Part shown: positions 34,896 through 41,740 of the stretch, piece by piece
How positions within the stretch are numbered: the stretch's first letter is position 1
Layout of the letters: each line of letters begins with the position of its first letter
From: an uncultured Clostridia bacterium
Lineage (GTDB): Bacteria; Bacillota; Clostridia; Christensenellales; Pumilibacteraceae
Reading direction: 5' to 3'
Length of the DNA stretch: 64,000 nucleotides
NCBI GenBank assembly: GCA_934277845.1
Contig: CAKQVV010000001.1
Span: 2,531 to 66,530 of the forward strand
Program-made: the position numbers and the translations under genes
Notes under the pieces: generated by a model
Databases searched by the model: none
Seen by the model: only the letters and a program-made list of their open reading frames with translations
Told to the model about the DNA's origin: nothing

Positions 34896-36947
34896 TCAGT
34901 TCTCGAACTGGCTGGAATACAGTTGCTCGTAAAAACCTTTTTGTGCCATGAGTTCGGAGTGCGTGCCCTGCTCCGCCACGTCGCCGTCGCGAAGCACGAG
35001 TATCTTGTCCGCGCCCGTGATCGTGGACAGGCGATGAGCGATGATGAAACTCGTTCTGCCCTGCATAAGCGTTTCCATAGCATTCTGAATAAGCCGTTCG
35101 GTGCGGGTATCGACGGACGAAGTCGCCTCGTCGAGAATCAGTACTTTGGGATCGGACAACAGCGCGCGCGCAATGGTGAGAAGTTGTTTTTGTCCCTGAG
35201 AAATATTGTCCGCGTCCTCGCTGATAACGAAGTCGTAGCCGCCGTCGAGCGTGCGGATAAAGTGATCGGCGCACGCGAGTTTAGCCGCCTCGACGACTTC
35301 GGCGTCGGTGGCGTCCGGTCTGCCGTAGCGGATGTTTTCCATGATCGTGCCGCCGTACAGCCAGGTGTCCTGCAAGACCATGCCCATCTGATCGCGAAGT
35401 CCCGCGCGGGTGAACTCGGCAATATCCCTGCCGTCAAGGAAAATCTGTCCGCCGTTAAGGTCGTAAAAACGCATCAGCAGTTTTACGATAGTGGTTTTCC
35501 CCGCGCCGGTAGGTCCGACGATCGCTATTTTTTGTCCTGCTTTGACGACCGAGGAAAAATCTTTGATAACGATTTGTTCGGGATCGTAGCCAAAGCGCAC
35601 GTTCCTGAATTCCACGTCGCCGCGCACGTTTTCCGGCACCGCGTCGCCCGTTTCTTTGATCTCTTCGGCGTCGAGGAACCCGAACACGCGTTCCGCCGCA
35701 GCCACGGTGGACTGAAGCGTATTCGCGATATTCGCCATCTGACCGATCGGCTGGTTGAACTGGCGGATATATGTGATGAACGACTGGATATTGCCCACGG
35801 TGATCGCGCCGCTCGCGGTCAGTACGCCGCCGAGAACACAGGTCACGACATAACCGATATTGCCGATAAAGTTCATGATCGGCATCATAAGACCGCTGAG
35901 AAACTGCGATTTCTGCGCAGTCCCCGCGAGTTCCTCGTTGTACCCGCGGAACTTCTCTATCGATTCGTCCTCGCCGCCGTAAAGTTGAATCACGGTATTG
36001 CCGGCGAACGCTTCTTCTATGTGCGCGTTGACTTCGGCAAGCGCGGTTTGCTGACGACGGAAGTATTTCTGGCTGAACTTGACGACCAGCATTATCAGTA
36101 TCACGGAGATCGGGACGATCGCGACGGCAACCGCGGACATCAGCCAACTGATCCTGATCATCATCACCAGCACGCCCACGATCGTCGTGATCGAACTGAC
36201 GAGTTGCGACAGACTTTGGTTCAGCGTTGTGGACACGGTGTCCACGTCGTTGGTAAGGTATGACAGCACGTTGCCGTTTGTGGTCTTGTCATAGTAGGAC
36301 AGCGGCAGTTTGTTTATTTTTTCGTCGATGTCGCGGCGCAATCTGTACGAGGTCTTTTGCGCCACGCCCGCAAGAATAAACGACTGCGTGTACGAGATCG
36401 CCGCCGACACGAATATCAGCACGGATATGACCGTGAGTAAGCCGATTATCGCGTCTATGTCTATTGAAGGCGGCTCGTTAAGGCTCATCGCGAACACGCC
36501 GTCCGCATAGTTGCCGAGTTTGTCGCGGATCCCGCCGATCTGCTCGTCGGTGATCGCGCCGCCCGCTTTCATTGCCTCGAAAAGTTCGTCGACGGTTTTG
36601 ATGCCGGTGTTACGCGCCAGCGACGCAAGTCCGTCGAACGGCATTTCGCTGTCGCGCACCGTTTCGTCGAGTTGCGAATAAATCTGCTTCTGCATAAAGC
36701 CTTCGATGAGTTTGTCGGTGCTGTCGCCGAGAAGTCCCGGGATATTCAGCGTGAGAACGACCGAACCTACCGCAAACACGAGCGAAATTATTATCGCGAA
36801 AAGCGACGGGCGCATATATCCGACTAATTTTTTCAGCGTTCCCTTAAAGTCCTTGGCTTTCTCGCCGGGGCGCATTCCGGGACCTCCCGGACCGTGTCCG
36901 CCCATAGGCCCGCGCGGAGGACGATTTACACTACGCTGTTCACTCAT
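34896..36947 (-). CDS. ABC transporter ATP-binding/permease protein (type I exporter half-transporter, subunit B)
   Basis: 683 aa. Six-TM domain, then Walker A GPTGAGKTT, signature ISQGQKQLLTIARA and Walker B ILILDEATS. GGAGGA RBS. Overlaps the upstream partner by 8 nt. Confidence 0.9.
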   Translation of the reverse strand: MSEQRSVNRPPRGPMGGHGPGGPGMRPGEKAKDFKGTLKKLVGYMRPSLFAIIISLVFAVGSVVLTLNIPGLLGDSTDKLIEGFMQKQIYSQLDETVRDSEMPFDGLASLARNTGIKTVDELFEAMKAGGAITDEQIGGIRDKLGNYADGVFAMSLNEPPSIDIDAIIGLLTVISVLIFVSAAISYTQSFILAGVAQKTSYRLRRDIDEKINKLPLSYYDKTTNGNVLSYLTNDVDTVSTTLNQSLSQLVSSITTIVGVLVMMIRISWLMSAVAVAIVPISVILIMLVVKFSQKYFRRQQTALAEVNAHIEEAFAGNTVIQLYGGEDESIEKFRGYNEELAGTAQKSQFLSGLMMPIMNFIGNIGYVVTCVLGGVLTASGAITVGNIQSFITYIRQFNQPIGQMANIANTLQSTVAAAERVFGFLDAEEIKETGDAVPENVRGDVEFRNVRFGYDPEQIVIKDFSSVVKAGQKIAIVGPTGAGKTTIVKLLMRFYDLNGGQIFLDGRDIAEFTRAGLRDQMGMVLQDTWLYGGTIMENIRYGRPDATDAEVVEAAKLACADHFIRTLDGGYDFVISEDADNISQGQKQLLTIARALLSDPKVLILDEATSSVDTRTERLIQNAMETLMQGRTSFIIAHRLSTITGADKILVLRDGDVAEQGTHSELMAQKGFYEQLYSSQFEN

Positions 36948-38709
36948 TTTTCAGTTCCTCCTCGGATAATTGCGACCGCGCGATGTCGGCGTACACGGGG
37001 CACGACTTCATCAGTTCGCGGTGAGTACCCTGTCCCGCGACCTTGCCGTCGTCGAGTACTATTATTCTGTCGGCATTCATGATCGTACCCACGCGCTGGG
37101 CGACGATAATCACGTTTTTATCCGCGGCGGTTTCGCGTATCGCGGCACGAAGCCGGGCATCGGTCCTGAAGTCGAGCGCGGAAAAACTGTCGTCGAACAC
37201 GAGTACGGGCGAATTTTTGTAAAGCGCGCGGGCAATCGCAAGGCGTTGTTTTTGTCCGCCCGAAACGTTGCCGCCGCTCTGGGCGATTTCGCTCTTGAAT
37301 CCGCCGTCGCGACCGGCGATAAACTCGGTCGCCTGCGCAACGGACGCGGCTTGTTCCATTCTCTCGTCGCCGTCCGCGGCTTTCTCGTCGGCGAGTTTAA
37401 TATTGCTTTCCACCGTACCGGAGAACAGCAGATTCTTTTGCGGTACGAACGCTACCGCCTCGCGCAGCGACGCAAGCGTATAGTCGCGGACATCTCTGCC
37501 GTCGAGTTTCACGCTGCCTGCCGTCGCGTCGTAAAGACGGGGAATAAGTTTGACTATCGTGGACTTGCCGCTGCCGGTAGCGCCGATGATCGCGGTGGTT
37601 TCGCCGGGCGAGCACTTGAAACTCACGCCCGAAATCGCGTTCTCTTCCGCGCCGTCGTAAGAAAAACTCACGTTGTCGAATTCGAGTTCGCCGCGAGAAC
37701 TAACAAGCGGCACGGCGAACTCGCCGTCGCGCACGGATATCTCGCGGTTTAGTACTTCGTCGACGCGGCGTGCTGACACGAGCGAGCGGGGCGCGAGCAC
37801 GAATACCATGGTGATGACCATAAACGACATTATGATCTGCACGGCGTAACTCATGAAAGCCATCATCGCGGCGACGTCGGTCACGTCTTTCGCAAAGTAC
37901 GACGCGATCCATACGACCGCGACGGACACTCCGTTCATCGCGATATTGATGACCGGGAACAGCGCGCTCATCACGCGGTTGGTGAAGAGGTTTACGGAAG
38001 TGAGTTCGCGGTTCACGTCGTCGAAACGCGCTTCCTCGCGGGATTCGGCGTTGAACGCACGCACGACGAGCATGCCGTTAAGTCCCTCTCTCGCCACGCC
38101 GTTGAGTCTGTCGATCAGCGTTTGCAATTTCATGAATTTCGGCTGGACGATCGCCATCAGCACGATTATCGCGATAAGAACGAGTGCGACAGCGGCGACG
38201 ATCACCCACAAAAGATAACTCATGCCGGCGGTGAGGCGCACCGCTTTGACGATGCCGCCGATCGCCATGACGGGGGCGTACATGACCATGCGGACGAGCA
38301 TTATCGAGAAGTTCTGGATCTGCGTCACGTCGTTGGTACTGCGTGTGATCAGCGACGAAACCGTGAACTTGTCGACGTCGGCGGCGGAAAACGCGGAAAC
38401 CTTGTCGAACAGGTCGCGGCGAAGGTCGCGCGACGCTTTCGAACCGAGAATCGCGGCGATATAACCGACCGCAACCGCACAAACCGTTGTTGCCGCGGCA
38501 TACCCGAGCATTATTCCGCCGTAGTAGAGTATCGTGCGCGTTTTGTCCGCGGCGTTAAGATCGGTGAGCGTATTGACTATGTTTTTCATATAGTCCGGAA
38601 GTTCAAGATCGCACAACGCTTCCGTCACCAGCAAAACGAACGCGGCAAGTATCAGATACCAGTATTTCAGGTAGTACGATCCGACTGTTTTCCTTTTAGT
38701 TTTTTCCAT
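36940..38709 (-). CDS. ABC transporter ATP-binding/permease protein (exporter half-transporter, subunit A)
   Basis: Walker A GATGSGKST, signature VSGGQKQRLAIARA, Walker B VLVFDDSFS. I place the start at ATG 38707-38709 (MEKTKRK, AAGGAG upstream). The track ORF extension to 38883 overlaps marR. Confidence 0.9.
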   Translation of the reverse strand: MEKTKRKTVGSYYLKYWYLILAAFVLLVTEALCDLELPDYMKNIVNTLTDLNAADKTRTILYYGGIMLGYAAATTVCAVAVGYIAAILGSKASRDLRRDLFDKVSAFSAADVDKFTVSSLITRSTNDVTQIQNFSIMLVRMVMYAPVMAIGGIVKAVRLTAGMSYLLWVIVAAVALVLIAIIVLMAIVQPKFMKLQTLIDRLNGVAREGLNGMLVVRAFNAESREEARFDDVNRELTSVNLFTNRVMSALFPVINIAMNGVSVAVVWIASYFAKDVTDVAAMMAFMSYAVQIIMSFMVITMVFVLAPRSLVSARRVDEVLNREISVRDGEFAVPLVSSRGELEFDNVSFSYDGAEENAISGVSFKCSPGETTAIIGATGSGKSTIVKLIPRLYDATAGSVKLDGRDVRDYTLASLREAVAFVPQKNLLFSGTVESNIKLADEKAADGDERMEQAASVAQATEFIAGRDGGFKSEIAQSGGNVSGGQKQRLAIARALYKNSPVLVFDDSFSALDFRTDARLRAAIRETAADKNVIIVAQRVGTIMNADRIIVLDDGKVAGQGTHRELMKSCPVYADIARSQLSEEELKNE

Positions 38710-39160
38710 TGAAACAATCTCCTTGTTTGCCGTATTCGTGTACGCGCTCGTCCAGCATACGGAACGCCGCAAGTATGTTCCCTTTTTCTTCCGGCGTGAA
38801 ATTCTCGTCGATGCGCGCGTTGAGTTCGTCGTAGATTTTATCCGCTTTTTTAAATGCTTCTCTTCCCTTGTCCGTGACGGCAAGCACGACTTTGCGGCGG
38901 TCGTTCTCGTCGCGGCGGCGCGTGATAATCCCCAGTTTTTCCAGCCGGATCGTTATGTTCGTCGTATTCGACAGCGGCGTTTTCAGTTCCCGGCAAACGT
39001 CGCCCACCGTTATTCCGTCGCCGAGCCGGCGTATGCATGTCAGCGTGAACGCTTGCGGCGGCGTAAGCCCCGCTTCTCTGAACGGCGCAAACAATATCTT
39101 CGTGATTCCGCCGTGTATCGACCTTAAATGCCCGTGTATGTCCTCGGTAAACTGACTCAT
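38696..39160 (-). CDS. MarR-family transcriptional regulator
   Basis: 154 aa with a winged HTH (LTPPQAFTLTCIRRLGDGITVGDVCRELKTPLSNTTNITIRLEKLGIITRRRDENDRRKV). First gene of the exporter operon. Confidence 0.85.
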   Translation of the reverse strand: MSQFTEDIHGHLRSIHGGITKILFAPFREAGLTPPQAFTLTCIRRLGDGITVGDVCRELKTPLSNTTNITIRLEKLGIITRRRDENDRRKVVLAVTDKGREAFKKADKIYDELNARIDENFTPEEKGNILAAFRMLDERVHEYGKQGDCFNGKN

Positions 39161-39192
39161 ACCGACCTCCGAAATTACTTATCACGATAACT

Positions 39193-39221
39193 ATTTTATT
39201 TATATGTTTAATTATTGTCAA
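39193..39221 (-). promoter_or_regulatory. Sigma-A-type promoter of the marR-ABC operon
   Basis: Minus strand TTGACA (39216-39221), 17 nt, TAAAAT (39193-39198). Confidence 0.55.
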
Positions 39222-39230
39222 GAAAATAAT

Positions 39231-39270
39231 AAAAAAATAAAGTGAAATTTTTGTCACAAAATTTCACTTT
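39231..39270 (-). terminator. Intrinsic terminator of the serine dehydratase gene
   Basis: AAAGTGAAATTTT-tgtcac-AAAATTTCACTTT, a 13-bp stem followed on the minus strand by a U-run. Confidence 0.6.
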
Positions 39271-39323
39271 TTGCGGGATTTTATAGGGATTGATAATGGT
39301 GTATCGGTTTTTTAACCTTTCTC

Positions 39324-40538
39324 TCACCGGTCGCAGGCGGCGTCGCCTTCGCGGTAGAGTTTTGCAAGACCGCTCTCGCCGGTTTCTCGGTAGCCGCGCC
39401 CCAGGTCCTTGCCCGTTTCGTACATGGTTTCGACAATGGTATCAAATGAAACCTTGCGGGTATAGGTCAAAAAGTTGGAGATGGACAGCGCGTTTATCGC
39501 GCGCATTGCGGCGACGGCGTTGCGCTCGATACAGGGAATCTGCACAAGTCCGCGCACGGGATCGCACGTTAGTCCCAGATGATGTTCTATCGACAGTTCC
39601 GCGGCATACTCGATTTGTTCCAGACTCATGTCGAAAAGTTCGCCGAGCGCGGCGGCGGTCATGGCGCAAGCCGAGCCGATTTCCGCTTGACAACCGCATT
39701 CCGCCCCGCTGATGCTGGCGTTGGTCTTGATAAGATTGCCGATAATACCGCCGGTTGCGATGGCGTTAATCACTTTTTCGTCGGTAAAACCGTGCTCGTC
39801 CTGCATGAATCTGAGCGCGGACGGCATTACTCCGCACGAGCCGCAAGTGGGTGCGGTGACTATCGTCCCGCCCGCGGCGTTTTGCTCGCTGGTGGCGTAA
39901 GCATAAGCGCAGACGAGCCTGTCGGCACGTACTTCCGCCGTTTCGCCGAGATAATGCTGACGATACAAAAACTTCGCTTTGCGGCTGATGTCAAGACCGC
40001 CCGGAAGCGTGCCGGTCGCGGCTAATCCTTCCTTTATCGTGAGTTTCATGCGCTCCCAGACTTTGCCGAGATAACCGAAAATTTCATCGCCCTCGCACTC
40101 GCGGACGTACTCGTAAAGACGCATATCGTTGTCGCGGCAATGCGCGGCTATTTCGTGAAACGAATTAAAGGAATAAACGTCCTCGCCGTCGCCGCCCTCG
40201 CGTCCCTCGAAAAGGATCGCGCCGCCGCCCACGGAGTAGGCGCGTTCGGTTACTTTCTCGTCGCCGTAAACCGCCGTAACGTCCATGGTGTTTGGGTGAG
40301 GCAAATCTTTCGATTCGGTGTCGCAAACGATTTTCACGCGCCCGGGCATTACTTTCCGGATAACTTCGTCGGTGCCGTGACCGTTGCCGGTTGCCGCCAG
40401 ACTGCCGTAAAGCGTGACGATATACCCGTCCGCCCCGCCGTGCCGCGACAAAAACTCCGTCACGATCTTCTCCGGTCCCATTGTGTGCGAACTCGACGGT
40501 CCCGCGCCTATTCTGTATAACGCTTTCAACGATTTCAT
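39324..40538 (-). CDS. sdaA: L-serine ammonia-lyase (iron-sulfur dependent, single-chain)
   Basis: MKSLKALYRIGAGPSSSHTMGP is the characteristic N-terminus. Later ..GGTIVTAPTCGSCGV.. and ..AECGCQAEIGSACAM.. provide the cluster cysteines. The start is ATG 40536-40538 with GGAG upstream. The predicted promoter lies inside the longer track ORF. Confidence 0.85.
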   Translation of the reverse strand: MKSLKALYRIGAGPSSSHTMGPEKIVTEFLSRHGGADGYIVTLYGSLAATGNGHGTDEVIRKVMPGRVKIVCDTESKDLPHPNTMDVTAVYGDEKVTERAYSVGGGAILFEGREGGDGEDVYSFNSFHEIAAHCRDNDMRLYEYVRECEGDEIFGYLGKVWERMKLTIKEGLAATGTLPGGLDISRKAKFLYRQHYLGETAEVRADRLVCAYAYATSEQNAAGGTIVTAPTCGSCGVMPSALRFMQDEHGFTDEKVINAIATGGIIGNLIKTNASISGAECGCQAEIGSACAMTAAALGELFDMSLEQIEYAAELSIEHHLGLTCDPVRGLVQIPCIERNAVAAMRAINALSISNFLTYTRKVSFDTIVETMYETGKDLGRGYRETGESGLAKLYREGDAACDR

Positions 40539-40557
40539 ACGTTTCACTCCGACATTG

Positions 40558-40586
40558 ATTTTATACCCGTTCGCCGGTAAAGTCAA
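40558..40586 (-). promoter_or_regulatory. Sigma-A-type promoter of sdaA
   Basis: Minus strand TTGACT (40581-40586), 17 nt, TAAAAT (40558-40563). Confidence 0.5.
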
Positions 40587-40684
40587 GGGAAACGCGCCGT
40601 GACGAGTAAGGATATTGTTCTTAATATTATCGTTGCCGTGCTGTCGCTACGCTCGGAATGGCAAGGATTTATTCGTTTTCTCCC

Positions 40685-40845
40685 GTGGGGGATTCCACGC
40701 AAAACCTGATGGTTTTGCTCTGAATGACGTTCTGAACGGAATGTGCGCGTTAGAATTTTAAAATTGAATGTGCAGCCTCCGCGCTTCCTCGTCTTTCAGA
40801 GAAACAACCGAGTGGTCTTGCTCGGCTGTTTCGTGGAATCCCCGA
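40685..40845. repeat. Palindromic intergenic element, family A, copy 2 (inverted relative to copy 1)
   Basis: Read on the minus strand it is GTCGGGGATTCCACG-hairpin-CTCTGAAAGACG...TTCAATTTTAAAATTCTAACGCGCAC...CGTCATTCAGAGC-AAAACC/GGTTTT hairpin-GCGTGGAATCCCCCAC, matching 1420-1586 arm by arm. Confidence 0.7.
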
Positions 40846-40885
40846 CATGGAGCGAATACGCAACCATATCAGCAATATCGGAAAA

Positions 40886-41159
40886 GACGGGGCGGCGGTT
40901 GCCGGCATTACGGCAACCTTTGGAACTAACGCTTACGCGTTGGTTCGCGTACGCGGGTTGCAATAACTACTTTGGCAACGGTTGGTTCTGACGGGGCGGC
41001 GGTTGCCGGCATTACGGCAACCTTTGGAACTAACGCTTACGCGTTGGTTCGCGAACGCGGGTTGCAATAACTACTTTGGCGGCGGTCGGTTCTGACGGGA
41101 CGGCGGTCGGCGGCATTACGCCGACCTTTGGAACTAACGCTTCGCGTTGGTTCGCGAAC
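40886..41159. repeat. Tandem direct repeat, 104-bp unit x 2.6
   Basis: The unit starts (GACGGGGCGGCGG...) at 40886, 40990 and 41094. Copies 1 and 2 are nearly identical. Copy 3 carries compensatory hairpin changes and ends at 41159. Confidence 0.9.
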
Positions 41160-41185
41160 TTTGTTTGCTGTTGCAAACAAAGTTC
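41156..41185. other. Perfect 13-bp stem-loop
   Basis: GAACTTTGTTTGC-tgtt-GCAAACAAAGTTC, lying between the tandem array and the tRNA terminator. Confidence 0.6.
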
Positions 41186-41199
41186 GTCCCTTGGTTTCG

Positions 41200-41245
41200 C
41201 TCCAAAGATAAAAGGGCATCTTGCGATGTCCTTTTATCTTTGGAG
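41200..41245 (-). terminator. Terminator of the tRNA-Pro/tRNA-Gly operon (its stem includes the tRNA CCA end)
   Basis: The minus strand reads CUCCAAAGAUAAAAGGACAUC-GCAA-GAUGCCCUUUUAUCUUUGGAG. The inner GC stem is followed by UUUUAUCUUU. Confidence 0.6.
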
Positions 41246-41315
41246 CGGAAGACGGGGCTCGAACCCGCAACATTCGGCTTGGGAAGCCGACGCTCTACCA
41301 TTGAGCCACTTCCGC
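41241..41315 (-). tRNA. tRNA-Gly (anticodon CCC), CCA encoded
   Basis: Manual cloverleaf: GCGGAAG UG GCUC AAUGGUA GAGC G UCGGC UUCCCAA GCCGA AUGUU GCGGG UUCGAGC CCCGU CUUCCGC U CCA. Confidence 0.9.
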
Positions 41316-41424
41316 ACGACAGTGTCAGTATATACTTTTTGTAGTCCGATGTCAATCGTACGACAATAAAAAACACGGATAAAACAAAACGTCGCCCGGC
41401 TTTTACGGTCAAGCGACGTCTTTT

Positions 41425-41501
41425 TGGTCTGAGTGAGAAGATTTGAACTTCCGACCTCTTGAACCCCATTCAAGCGCGCTACCGAACTGCGCTACACCCA
41501 G
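41425..41501 (-). tRNA. tRNA-Pro (anticodon GGG), CCA encoded
   Basis: Manual cloverleaf: CUGGGUG UA GCGC AGUUCGGUA GCGC G CUUGA AUGGGGU UCAAG AGGUC GGAAG UUCAAAU CUUCU CACUCAG A CCA. Confidence 0.85.
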
Positions 41502-41532
41502 TCGCGAACGAACACCCTTCGTTCGGGTTATC

Positions 41533-41561
41533 ATTATAGCACAACAAAATTCATAATGCAA
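41533..41561 (-). promoter_or_regulatory. Promoter of the tRNA-Pro/Gly operon (extended -10)
   Basis: Minus strand TTGCAT (41556-41561), 17 nt, TGC-TATAAT (41533-41538), about 30 nt upstream of tRNA-Pro. Confidence 0.6.
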
Positions 41562-41594
41562 GCGTTTTCGCAAATTTTATTAAACCCGAACATC

Positions 41595-41637
41595 AAAAAG
41601 TCGTCCTGCGCACGCGTCGACGCACACGCAGGACGAC
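41595..41637 (-). terminator. Intrinsic terminator of the GH43/CBM9-like operon
   Basis: GTCGTCCTGCG-16 nt-CGCAGGACGAC, an 11-bp GC-rich stem followed on the minus strand by UUUUUG. Confidence 0.75.
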
Positions 41638-41740
41638 CTGAAGAAGAAATGGAAATGAAAAAAGGCTGTTTTATCCGCGCTTTACGCGTCCGGCGGGAAA
41701 ATCGTTATCTCCCGCCGAAACGTTTCGGGTTTTGCGCGCG

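Noticed and set aside
40886-41159. Possible CRISPR array
   Set aside because: The units are 104 bp and directly abutting with no unique spacers, and no cas genes occur in the window.
40743-41473. Short ORFs (40743-40991, 41037-41273, 41076-41369, 41134-41469, 41234-41473) across the repeats and tRNAs
   Set aside because: They overlap tRNA genes or tandem repeats, lack ribosome-binding sites and have repeat-driven composition.
41241-41501. The tRNA-Gly(CCC) and tRNA-Pro(GGG) anticodons are mutually complementary
   Set aside because: This is a curiosity only. Both are ordinary minor isoacceptors expected in a GC-rich genome, and I see no structural reason to infer interaction.
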